From contig OZ024743.1 of NCBI GenBank assembly GCA_964016885.1, positions 18,104,001 to 18,168,000 on the forward strand: a stretch of 64,000 bases of DNA, in the 5' to 3' direction. This DNA is from Eledone cirrhosa. Lineage: Eukaryota. A program made the position numbers and the translations under genes. The notes under the pieces were generated by a model that saw nothing but the letters and a program-made list of their open reading frames with translations, did no database searches and was not told where the DNA came from. This document shows positions 11,634 to 23,501 of this stretch, one piece after another; the first letter of the stretch is position 1; each line of letters starts with the position of its first letter.

Positions 11634-11876
11634 ATTAAAGGTGGAAAACTGGGAGAGGGCACTTGCCCTGGTGGTCAGGGCCACTGTGCTCTTTTAATGG
11701 GCTTTCTCCACAAATGTCCCTGGGAAGTCTCCCCCCTATTGGGGAATTTTTCTTTGTTATTTTATTTCAACCTCTGTTTTTTTACACGCAGAAATGCCCA
11801 TTTGTACCGTCCTGTATTGTCCTGTACTGTCCTTAATGTCTACTTTATGTGAACCCTTGTGGTTAATAAAGAAAAC

Positions 11877-11879
11877 ATT

Positions 11880-11921
<42 letters not shown>

Positions 11922-11930
11922 GTTGTTGTT
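11877..11930. repeat. (ATT)n/(GTT)n spacer between Tx1 copies 1 and 2
   Basis: Seen directly. Confidence 0.95.
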
Positions 11931-12126
11931 GGTGAAGACATCGCCTCCAGTCTTTTTCAACGTTTTACCTCTTTTTGAACCGTTCTAAACCTTTTATTCA
12001 AGTTTTAAATTTGATAAAAGTTTAGAAGAAGTGTCCCACCTAATACAGGTGTTCACTAGTAAATAATACGGCACCCCTTTACGGGGTGTCGTATTCGTAT
12101 TTGTGTAAAAATATTTTTTTTGAAAA

Positions 12127-14138
12127 ATGTCAACATGGATAACACAAAGAGAGAGAGAGCACTGTCATACAACACAGACAGTGGGAGACTTTATCAGCAT
12201 GTCAACAAGACAGCGTTCTAGCGGAGGTAAATATAAACGAAAATATTATAAACGAAAAAAGGATTGTTACAGATTTAAAATTAACAAATATTTCTAACAC
12301 AAACAAGAGCAACAATAACACCAACACCATCACCAAAAATAACAGCGGTAAAGTCCAGATCGACAATAACAAAAATAACAGCGGTAAGGTCGAGAACGAC
12401 AATAACAAAAATAACAGCGGTAAGGTCGAGAACGACAATAACAATGACAATAACAACAGCCACAACAACAATAATAGTAGGAACAGTATCACCAAAAACA
12501 ACAATAATAACAACAGCCACAATAACAGTAACAGCAGCAACAGTATCAAGGAAAACAACACCAACAACTGTACCAGCGAAAAGAACATCAATAACACCGA
12601 TACCTGTAATAGCGACCTCAGCACCACCAGTAAGACCAGTAGCGGCAGCAATAGTGGTGCTACTGAAAAAGGGACCACTTCTTTCGCAGGTTTTCGCCCG
12701 AAATATCGAGACAGTGTTAGTCACAGAGGAGGAGATGGCAGTCGTAAGGGCCATGGTGACAAGAAGCGCAAATAGAGTTTCCCTGTAACCTCCACCCAAT
12801 TTTTTCAAGGACCAGCAGCTACGGACAGTGACTTACCGCACCGTAAGCAAAATCTCACATCGAGTGGAGAGAGCCATGGAGGCTCAAATCCAAAAGGCCT
12901 TGGGGTGCGTCTGGGCACGCAAAACCCACATCATCCGAGGCAGAATGTACGCCACAGTAGACGTACTTTTCGCCACCCCCCAGGAAGCAAAGTCTCACTC
13001 TTTGAAAACCCTAAAGAATGAGGAGTTAGTCTTGCTGCCCTCCTACTGCGGGCAGACAATTGTGAGGGTCAAAGTGACCCAGGTCCCACCCGACGTGCCC
13101 ATACCTTGGCTGGCCGCGTCTGTCCTTGCTGGAATTGAGAACAGGGCGACCATGCTGCAAGTAGAAAAAATAGGGAGAGAGAACTGGTCAGGTATAGGCA
13201 TGCAAATGTTTATACAAACTGACCAGGAATGTATCGAGGCTATCCCCGATATCATAGACTTCGAGGAAGGACTCCAACTCCCTATAAGTGTAGAAGGAAG
13301 ACGGCCAAACTGTTATCTCTGTGGGTCGAAAGTCACCTCAGGGCCTTTTGCCCGCAGAAGACACCGAAGAGAGCCCCTCTCCTTCCAATACATGGTCCGC
13401 TGCTACCAAGAGCAGGACAGGCAACAAACGTAGAAGCCCCTTCCACGGTGAGTAGGAGGACAACGTCCGTAGCACCCGTACCAAGGACACGGATAACTAA
13501 AGCAGCATCATCTGTAGCGGCAACACCGATAGCTACATTTGAAATAGCTACACCAGCAAAAAAATTGCCGAAGAGGGCTCCACTACCACCACCAACAGCC
13601 GTGGAGCACAAACCCCTCCCAGACGCCACAGAATCCGACATGGTGTTTGAGACGGGAGAGACGTGGCAAACAGTCTGCCACAAAAAACAAAAAAACGAAA
13701 AAACCGTTAGATTCACCCTCCAAAGGCGAAGGCATACAAATAGGGGTAAAGGCAGCAAGGAAACTTGCAGCAACACCACCACAAACACCAACAACGCAAA
13801 CACAAGAAGACACACAAACCAAACAGCAACAAGAAGAAAACGGCAACAAAATCACCCCTCCCCCCAAAAAGTACACAGCCATAAACATAGCAAAAAAAGA
13901 CATCACGGAAAAAAACTACTACACCCCACCAAAACCAAGAACTCTCCCGACAAACATAAGCATCATCGAAATCTCAATAGAACACTACAAACCTTGAAAA
14001 CAAAAATTCCCCAACGCAGTTGGACACTTCAGAGAGACGGTTACCAAGAGGATATACACTGACATCCTCTTGGAAACACCTATGACCAGCGAAAGGGACG
14101 GTTCTACTGTCCCTTCACCACACGAACAAGGTAAGTGA
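12127..14138 (+). pseudogene. Tx1 subfamily b ORF1, frameshifted, with a low-complexity Asn/Thr-rich N-terminus
   Basis: ORF pieces 12444..12788, 12828..13433, 13229..14062 and 13647..13997 align to copy 1 ORF1. The start codon position is inferred. Confidence 0.75.
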
Positions 14139-14170
14139 CCCGTTCTCGTTTGCCCCGTTTCTCATCGAAC

Positions 14171-17100
14171 ATGGCTGTACTCAGAATAGGCAGTATAAAT
14201 GCACGTGGCCTGGGGTCATCTTGGAAGCATGGTCACCTGTTCAATGACCTTAGGTCACAAAACATAGATGTAGTGGCCATCAGTGAAACCAGAATCTCCG
14301 AGACACGGGCCTTCGCACCGATCTTCGGCGGCTACGATTTATACGCATTTCCCAGCCGTCCAGGATCGGGGGGGGGGGGAGGTTTTGCCGTCCTTTTTCG
14401 GATTGGCTTGGATCTCACGATACGGGCCATCTTCCTGGACCCAGAAGGTAAGTCGGTGGTGCTGAACGCGACCGGCAGCGAAGGCAATGCTTTCTGGCTA
14501 GTAGCCGTCTACGCCCCAACAGGGGCAGCGCGGCCAGATTTCTTCAGACGTCTAGAGACCTTTCTTGGAACGTCCCGGTCTTTAGTGTTAGTGGGCGACT
14601 GGAAGGGTATCTTGGATGCACGCTGGGATGGTGTGAGGCTAGTGGATAGAGGAGGAGGGTGCAAGAGCCTCACCAACCTGCTCAGACGTTTTGAACTGTC
14701 TGACAGGTATCGACTGGATCACCCGAATGTGCCAATGTGGACATGGACAAACCGCATCGGGTCATCCAGATCGTATCTAGATAGGGTATTCTGCAGGGAA
14801 CTAGATAAGGCTAGTGTACGTTGTCCAAAATTTAAAATAGTCGACTATACAGACCACAAATTTGTGATCTGCTAGATCGACATAGACAGACATCATAGAC
14901 AAGGGCCTGGTTACTGGAAGTTGAACGCGTCTTTCCCGGCGCGCTAGGCCTACAGAGACCGGATTAGCGTATTAGTTAAGCGGGCGTTGACGGGAGCGGT
15001 CGTCAACAACAGGTGGTGGTTCGCCCTCAAAAGGGCAATTAAAGTAGAATCGATTAGGTTTAGCAAAGGAGTAGTGATAGAGGAAAATAGAGTAGAGGGA
15101 GAGCTAGTCAGAAAGCTAGAAGAAGCGTTTAGGACAGGCATCGCAACCGACGTGCTTCCGGCGAGATTGGCACTCGACCAATTCTTCAACGCAAAACACG
15201 AAGGCTGCGTTGTCAGAGCTAGAGCGCGTGCTCTGAAACAAGAGGGGTCAACAGCCGTCCAATGAGCCCGGGTGGCAGAGGCGCGACGTTGCAATAAAGC
15301 CACAATTCGGTCTTTGTCTGACCAAAACGGGTGCGTGATGCTCGAACCCGAGCGGATGTGTGAAGCTTTTCAGCAACACTTTGCTGAACTGTTCGGCAGC
15401 GGCGGCGGCCCGGATCGGGTCATGGACTTCAGTGCATACCTCGACGGACTGCCTCGGCTCTCGTCGAGCGCAGTACAGTGTTGCGAAAAGCCAATAACAG
15501 CCGGTGAAATACGGGAAGCGATGACTAACTGCACAAGTGGTAAATCGCCAGGTTTAGATGGTCTACCCTACGAGCTTTATGCATTTATGCCAGACTTGTT
15601 CGGTGAGCTTTGGCAGACGTCTACTGCAACTGGCAGCAGAACGGGAGCATTCCCAGTTTTGTGAGCCGGGGAGCAGTGGCGCTGCTGAGAAAAGACCCGA
15701 AAAAGGGGGATGTATATTGATAATTTCAGGCCCATAACGCTGCTAAACGCAGAGTTCAAGATTTTGGCCAAGGTGTTAGCAACGAGGTTGGCGCTTGTCG
15801 TCAAGGGTCTGGTGGGAGAGGCGCAGACATGCGCCATTCCGGACAGATCCAGACACGACAACCTCCACCTCATGCGACACATCAGAGAGGGTGGTTAAGG
15901 AACCTGGCAAGGGTGGGGTCCTGATCAACTTGGATCAATCCAAACCATTCGATAGGGTCGACCATCGGTATCTGGCGGCGGTCCTCGAGGCAGCCGATTT
16001 CGAGCCCGTTTTCAGGCCTTGGATCGCAGCAATGTACAACGACATCTGCTCAGTTGTTGGGGTGAACGGTCACCTGTCGCAGCCGTTCAGAATCATGCGC
16101 TCAGTCCACCCTGTTGTATGTATTAACTCTCGAGCTGTTACTGCATACACTGGGGGCGATGAGGGGCGTCCCACGCATACTAGGATGCGGGAAATCCGAG
16201 TCGACTGACGCTTATGACGACAACTTAGTGGTGTCGAGCACCAGACACGTCCAGATGCTCGGCACCGCTCTAAAGGAATACTAAACGGTGACAGGAGCAA
16301 AGATAAACCAGGAAAAGTCGGTGGGCTTGCAGCTAGGCACCTGGAGAGGCAAGTCCATGCCGTCCGACAGCGTCGTGGGGCGTTGGACTGACGGACGGGT
16401 TAAATTGCTCGGGGTCTGGTTCGGACCGAACCTTCAGATGGAGAAAAACTGGAACGAGGTGACGAGCAGGTTGGCCTCCCTCACCCAGAAATGGGCTGAG
16501 AGGGAGCTGTCCCTGAAAGGCCGGGCGGAAGTGGCAAATGCGTACATCGCATCCATCATCTGCTACCGCCTCACCGTCGTCCCTTGCTCCAGCCCAACTC
16601 TCACCAAAATGGAGCGCCGCCTCCTCCGCTTTTTGTGGAAGGGACGCGCTCCCATGGTCAGACGATCCATCTGCTATCAACAACCGTTGCGTAGAGGACT
16701 GGGCATGCCATGGCTGATGATGCGCAAACGTTCACTGAGGCTGCGACATCTCTGGTGCTTCCTTGATGGTGAACGGGTGTGGTCGCCGTTCGCCAGGCAC
16801 ATTTTCCCACAGCTCGTCTCCTCGACGGAGCTGCAGTCCTGGGTCAGAAAAAGACCAAGGGATAGCGCTTGGAAACTGGAATGTCTCCAGGCGCTCACTG
16901 CCCTCTCCCAGTTGGGCACCAGTATTGGTGGAACATCCACCTCGGCATTCTATAGAGGACTAGTGGAAAGGAGGAGCGACAACGTTCTCGGAGAGATCCT
17001 GGGCATCGAAGAAATTCAGCTGTTTGCTCTCTTCCGGAGAACTCTCAGCCCGGGGCCTATGGATAACTTCCAAAAATCCCTGGCCTGGCAGTGCTACCGG

Positions 17101-17550
17101 GGAGAGTTGCCGGTTTGAGATAAGCTCTAATGGCACGGAAGTGCCGTCAGCCGAGCCTGTCCGAGAAGCGCTCATAGCGACGAAACCGTTGTACACGCAC
17201 TCGTTCAGTTCCCGAACATTGCTGACTTGTGGAGCTATGTCGAACAGTTGCTGTCACGTGTGGGACTGATCCGGTTGTCGACTGACTCCATTGTGCAGAT
17301 GGTCTCGCCGTCTTTCTTTGAGGAGGAAGGGCAGGCGGTTTTTATCTGCCTGGTGGCGATGGCGAAAGAGATCGTGTGGTGGACAAGGTTAAAAGGATTA
17401 AAGACAAACACTTTCCTCTTCGGCGAATCACTAATTAACTTTTTCAAGTTTCACTTGAAGAGGAAATTCAGGGTGGAGAGGCAAGTGTTGCTTTCTAGCA
17501 AGTTTGTTGAAAGGTGGGTGAATGTAGTAAGTTTGTTGAAAGGTGGGTGA
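14171..17550 (+). pseudogene. Tx1 subfamily b ORF2 (APE-RT-ZnF), multiply disrupted
   Basis: MAVLRIGSINARGL, AISET, GDW, YLDR, TDH, KSPGLDGL, NFRPITLLN, degenerate YDD region. Confidence 0.88.
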
Positions 17551-17868
17551 ATATACGTCTGTAGTTTGAGAGATGGACAAATTGAGAGAGGGCGCTTGCC
17601 CGGGTAATCAGGGTGGCCGTTGTCTTTTGTGTGGTTTTCGCCACTTTAACCCTCGGAGGTTTTCCCCCTATTGGGGAATTTTTCATTGTTATAATTTTCA
17701 TTTTATTGTTTATATATATATGTTTTATGTCTTTTTTCTTTTCTTATATAAATAATAAAAATATTTACACGCACAAAACCCACATCGTACCGTCCTGTTC
17801 CGTCTGTGATGTTTTTCTTGATGTCAGCCCTTGTGGCCAATAAAGAAATCATTATTATCATTATTATT

Positions 17869-18055
17869 AAGGGCGGTGGATTGGCAGTATCGGTAGAGAG
17901 TCGGACGCCATGCTTTCCAGCATAGTTACGTCCCTTTACGATCTGAGTTCAAATCCCGCCGAGGTTGTCTTTGCCTTTCATCCTTACGGGGTCGATAAAA
18001 TAAAGTACCAGTAATGCACTGAATAATTGCTGGCCTTGTGCCTAAAGTAGAAACA
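17869..18055 (+). mobile_element. tRNA-derived SINE copy 1 with (ATT)n tail
   Basis: A-box-like TGGCAGTATCGG (~17882) and B-box-like GAGTTCAAATCC (~17945). Core TTTGCCTTTCATCC...GGGGTCGATAAAATAAAGTACCAGT. Homologous to 23075-23285 and 23342-23501. Confidence 0.85.
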
Positions 18056-18062
18056 ATTATTA

Positions 18063-18100
<38 letters not shown>
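18056..18100. repeat. (ATT)n between SINE 1 and Tx1 copy 3
   Basis: Seen directly. Confidence 0.95.
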
Positions 18101-21100
18101 GGCGACCTACGTAGTAAATCGTATCATCGTGAGCTCCGCAAAGCTTTTTTTATTTCCGTTTGTTAAAAATTGCCATTTATGGAAAAATTTATTGTTAACT
18201 GTTTATAAGCGCACATACATTGTTTTCCAAAAAGGACACCCAAAAAGATTGGGGCCTTGTGCCCAAAATTTAAACTTTTATGGTAATCAAAAAATTTCTT
18301 TGAAAAAAAATGGCTATTTCACCTCTGCACCAACCAGCTGAGAGCCTTCCTCACAAACTAACACCTCACATCGACACCACCATTGTAAATATTACTACGT
18401 TTGCCAACACAAAAAATTTAAGCACTAGCAATATTTTAAATTTGTCTCAGGCAGACATTCATTTCCCGCACTACCAATGACTGCAGGTGTTAAAGCCGCC
18501 ACCACCACCACCACCGCGACAACCCCCACTCCCACCACCACCGCGACAACAGAAACAAAAGAAAAAAATAAATTAACTCGTGATGTCGAAATGAATTCAA
18601 CCAAAATGGACTCTTCCACACCGAACACCATGACGTCACCACCACCACAACTGAAACTAAAATTAATAATAACAAAAATAACGATAACAACAACAGCAAC
18701 AATGACTTTTAAAAAAACACCCTGAGTTTTGCCAGAGTAGCAAAACAGTGCGAAGCATTTCAGGTAACTCATGAGGAATTAGAAAATGCCCAAAAATTGG
18801 TAAAGAAAGATGGGTACAGGGTCAGCCTCACCCCTGCCCCCACCTAATAAAATGGAGCATCGGCGCCTATGCACCGTGTCGTATCTAACAATTAATGTAA
18901 AATCGCACCGAGTGGAACGGGCATCCGAGTCCCAAATCCAAAAAGCTTTGGGACATGTGTGTGCAAGAAAAACCCACATCAGACGTAGGCAGTAGTATGG
19001 AACCGTGGATGTGTTCTTTGAAACACCAGAGGAGGCTAGAGAACACTCCATGGCCCCATTAAGAAGTGACGACTTCACACTCGTCCCAAGCTATTGTGGC
19101 CAGAGACTCGTAAAGATCAGGGTGACCCACGGTCCACCGGCCATCGAAATTCCCTGGCTAATAGCGGCCGTACTCGCCGGCATCGAAGCCAACACAAAGA
19201 TAATAGCAATAGCAAAAGAAAAGCAGAAGAACTGGTCTGGATCTGGGATGGAGCTCCTGATCCAAGCGGACCAAAAAAGCATTGAGGAGATCCCAGAGGT
19301 AATAGACCTCACTGACGGCAGCCACCTCACCGTAATTGTCGAGGGCAGAAGGCCTAGGTGTGTCGTTTATGGTGAAGGAACCCACCTAAAGGCTTTCTGC
19401 ACTCAGGCTAAAAGGTTGAGGCCACCTCTCCTGCCCACCCCAGTGACTCAAACATCAACACCACCTGTAGCAGAGATGGCAGCAACAACTGTAGCAGCAA
19501 CAACAGAAGCAACTATAACAGCAACAACCCCAGCAACAGTAGCAAAACCAACACCACCACCACCCAACGCTTCAGAACTAGCACCAGCGCCTACACCATC
19601 CACCACGCCACAACCAAAACTAACGCCTGTGGAGGATTTTCCACTCCCCGCCCTATCACAACTGGAGACACATTGTGACGACGGGGAGTGGGAAACGGTA
19701 TCAGGAAAAAAGAAAAACAGAAACCAAAAAAGAAAAAAATCTCTTCCTTCCCCCTCCCAAAACAAAATACAGAGGGAACAAATAAATTAACAAACAAAAA
19801 AGTTAGGAGAGATATGCCACCATCCACACCAACCCCATCACCCCAAATACCAACACCATCACCATCATTAACCACAACACCACCATCACCTACACCACAA
19901 AGTCACCAAAATACGAAACAGAAACAAACCCACAACAAAACAAAACAACCAAAATGATACACACTACACAGCATTAAATTTGAAAAACAAGCAATTATTA
20001 CACTACATGCAACACAACACCAGCATCACAGAAAAAGACTACACAACAACCAAAAATTCACACCACCTCCATAAATACAAATCACTCGCATCACACAGAA
20101 AACGTACATGACACTAAAACAAAAATTCCCTAAAGACTTCGGAGACCTCCGACAAGCACTCTCCAGGAGTATTTATAAGGACATCCTTCCTGAGGAGGCC
20201 ACAAGCAGTGAAAAGTTGGAAAAACCGTCCTTCCTCTACGAGAAGTAAGGTAAGTGGTCTTTCCCATCTTTTCCACTCCTTTTCAACAAGACGTCACTCA
20301 GAATAGTCAGCTTAAATGCGCGTGGCTTGGGGTCGTCATTGAAGCAAGGTCACCTGCTCAACGACCTCAGGTCACTAAACATAGATGTAGTGGCCATCAG
20401 CGAGACCAGAATCTCCGAAACAAGGGCCTTCACCTCCGATCTTCGGCGGCTACGATGTGTACGCATCTCCCAGCCGTCCGGGATCGGGGCGAGGAGTTGC
20501 TGTGCTTTTTCGGAGAGGTTTGGCTCTTGCCATACGGGCCTTCTTCCTGGACCCAGAAGGTAAGTCGGTGGTGCTGGACGTGACAAGCGGTGACGGGCAA
20601 GCTTTCAGGTTAGTGGCCGTCTATGCCCCGACAGGAGCAGGGTGGCCTGATTTCTTCCGGCGTCTGGAGACCTTTCTTGGAACGTCCCGCTCTTTAGAGT
20701 TAGTGGGCGACTGGAACGGGATCTTAGATGCACGGTGGGAGTGTGTGGGATTAGTGGATAGGAGAGGAGGGTGCAAGAGTCTCACCAACCTGCTCAGGCG
20801 TTTTGAATGTCTGATCGCTACCGATTGGATTTCCCGAATGTACCAATGTGGACTTGGACAAATCGCATAGGGTCATGCAAATCATATCTAGATAGAGTAT
20901 TTTGTAGGGAAATAGATAGGTCTAGCATAGGCTGTCCACAATTCAAGATAGTCAGCTACACGGAGCACAAATTCGTGATCTGTGTGCTTGATTTAGATAT
21001 GCTTCATAGACGAGGACCCGTCTACTTGACGCTAAACGCATCCTTACCAGCGCGCAAGGCCTACAGAGACCGGATTAGCGAACTAGTTAAGCGGGCGTTG

Positions 21101-23027
21101 ACGGGTGCCATCGACGACAACAAGTGGCGGTTTGCTCTTATAAGAGCAATTAGAATAGAGTCCATTAGGTTTAGTAATGCTTTAGCAAATAGAGAAAAAT
21201 AGAGCAGAGGGAGAATTAGTTAGAAAATTAGACGGGGCGCTTTGCAAAGGCATCGCGTCCGACGTACTTGCGCCGAAATTGGACCTTGACCAATTCTTCA
21301 ATGCAAAGCACGAATGCTGCGTTGTCATAGCTAGGGAGCGTGCTCTCAGACACGAGGGGACGAAATCCGTTCAATGGGCCCGAGTGGCGGAGGCGCGTAG
21401 TGGCAACAAAGCCACGATCCGGTCTTTGGTGTACCACGACGGGCCCATGCTACTCGATCCCATGCAAATGTTTGAAGCTTTTCAGCAACATTTTGCTCAG
21501 CTGTTCGGTGGCAGCGGTGGGTCGGGTCGAGGGATGGACTTTACTGTCTACCTCGATGGACTGCCGCGGCTCTCGGCCACTGAGGTGAAGTATTGCGAAA
21601 AGCCGATAACAGCCGCTGAAATACGGGAGGCAATGACTGGCTGCACAAGGGGTAAATCGCCTGGCTTGGATGGTCTGCCCTATGGACCTTACGTACAGAT
21701 GCCAGACTTGTTCGGAGGCCTCTTGGCGGACGTCTACTGCAACTGGCAACAGAACGGGAGAATTCCCAGCTCTGTGAGCCGAGGAGCGTTGGCACTGCTG
21801 AGAAAGGGTATGAACAAGTGGGATAACATAGATAATTTCAGGCTCATAACTCTGCTAAACACAGAGTTCAAGATTTTGGCCAAGGTGCTAGCAATGAGGC
21901 TGGCGCTTGTCGTTGGTGGTCTGGCGGGAGAGGCGCAGACATGCGCTCAGGCTACGACATCTCCACCTCTTCATCGACGGTGATCAGATGTGGTCGCCGT
22001 TTGCTAGATACGTCTTTCCCCAGCTCGTCTCCTTGACGGAGCTGCAGACCTGGCTCAAGCGAAGACCGAAAGGGATCGCTTGGCGTTTGGAATGTTTTCA
22101 GGCGCTCACAGCCCTCGACCAATCGGGCAATGTGATCGGTGGAAACTCATCCTTGGCGTTCTATAGAGGATTAGCGGAGGGGAAGAGCGACGACGTACTT
22201 GGAGAAACTCTAGGCTTCGACGAAAATCAACTTGCCAATCTCTTCGGAAGGACTTTCGAGCCGGACCTATGGACAACTTCCAGAAATCCCTGGCCTGGCA
22301 GTGCTACCGGGGAGCTTTGCCAGTTCGGGATAAACTCTACTGGCATGGAGGTGCCGTCAGCCGGGCATGTCCGAGATACGCGCAGGGCGACGAAACCGTC
22401 CTGCACGCACTCGTCCAGTGTCCGAGCATTGCTGACTTGTGGGTTTATGTCGAACAACTGCTGTCACGTGTAGGACGGATCCAGCTATCAGCTGAGTCCA
22501 TCGTGAGGATTGCCCCGCCCTCTTCCTTTAGCGGGGAAGGGCAGGCAGTTTTTATCTGTCTGGTGGCCATGGCGAAAGAGATAGTATGGTGGACACGTTT
22601 GAAAGGGCTGAAGACGAGCACTTACCTCTTCGGTGATACCCTGATTAACTTTTTCAAATTTGATTTGAAAAGGAAAATCAGGGTAGAGAGGGAAGTGCTC
22701 TGTTCCCAGCATTTTCTTGAAAGATGGGTGAGATAAGCAAGTATGGCCCGAGTGAATGGCCTACTCTGAGTATGTGTCTGTAAATTAAAGGTGGAAAACT
22801 GGGAGAGGGCACTTGCCCTGGTGGTCAGGCTCACTGTGGTCTTTTAATGGGCTTTCTCCACAAATGTCCCTCGGAAGTCTGCCCCCTATTGGGGAATCTT
22901 TCTTTGTTATTTTATTACACCCTCTGTTTTTTTTACAGGCAGAAATGCCCATTTGTACCGTCCTGTATTGTCCTGTACTGTCCTTATTGTCTAATTTATG
23001 TAAACCCTTGTGGTTAATAAAGAAAAC
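18101..23027 (+). mobile_element. Tx1-clade LINE copy 3 (subfamily a), 5'-complete, RT core deleted
   Basis: Same 5' and 3' termini as copy 1. ORF1 ~18310-20253 and ORF2 ~20288-22783 are both broken. A deletion junction at 21933-21946 removes the KAFDR/QGCP/YADD region. Confidence 0.93.

Positions 23028-23074
<47 letters not shown>
23028..23074. repeat. (ATT)n tail of Tx1 copy 3
   Basis: Seen directly. Confidence 0.95.
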
Positions 23075-23075
<1 letters not shown>

Positions 23076-23285
23076 AGGCGTTGGATTGGCAGTATATTTA
23101 GATCGTCGGACAACAGGATTTGCGGGATAGATGCACGGCCGTTCTTAGTTCAAATTCCGCCCTGGTTAACTTGGCCTTTCATTCTTCAGGATCGATGAAA
23201 TAAAGTACCAGTAATGCACCCGGGTCGATTTAATTGACTTTCCCTTTCCCCCAAAATGGTTGGCCTTCTGCCTGAATCAGAAATC
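23075..23285 (+). mobile_element. tRNA-derived SINE copy 2
   Basis: AAGGCGTTGGATTGGCAGTA...TAGTTCAAATTCCGCC...TAAAGTACCAGT...GGCCTTCTGCCTGAATCAGAAATCATT. Confidence 0.82.
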
Positions 23286-23341
23286 ATTATCAATGTTGTT
23301 GCTGTTGTTCATTTGTCGTTGTTATTATTATCATCAAGTTC

Positions 23342-23501
23342 AGGGTGTTGGATTGGCAGTATTGGTAGGGCATAAGTCAAATATTTTATGGCATAGGGTT
23401 ACGCCGATATTAGCTTTGCCATTTATCTGTACGGCGGCAATAAAATAAAGTGTTTCGAATGAATCGACAAACCACTGGCCTTGTGCCTAAATCAGAAAAC
23501 C
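23342..23501 (+). mobile_element. tRNA-derived SINE copy 3, degenerate and internally deleted
   Basis: GGATTGGCAGTATTGGTAG head and GGCCTTGTGCCTAAATCAGAAAACCATT end match copies 1 and 2. Confidence 0.7.

Larger units (their letters stand above)
6207..11876 (+). mobile_element. Tx1-clade (L1 superfamily) LINE copy 1, 5'-complete, subfamily a
   Basis: Starts GGCGACCTACGTAG directly after (ATT)n, the same start as copy 3. ORF1 has a CCHC knuckle; ORF2 has APE, RT and a C-terminal CxxC...H...C. Ends AATAAAGAAAAC(ATT)n. Confidence 0.93.
11931..17850 (+). mobile_element. Tx1-clade LINE copy 2, divergent subfamily b, apparently 5'-complete
   Basis: Different 5'UTR and ORF1 N-terminus, but homologous ORF1 core (VERAMEAQIQKALG...EGRRPNCYLC) and ORF2. 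Ends AATAAAGAAATC(ATT)n. Confidence 0.92.

Noticed and set aside
12202-12808. Long hydrophobic Leu/Val-rich antisense ORFs resembling membrane proteins
   Set aside because: They are shadows of the AAC/AAT-rich sense strand. The same applies to the antisense ORFs over the other elements.
17869-17960. tRNA gene
   Set aside because: A and B boxes are present, but there is no cloverleaf, and the sequence continues into a repeated SINE body and tail.
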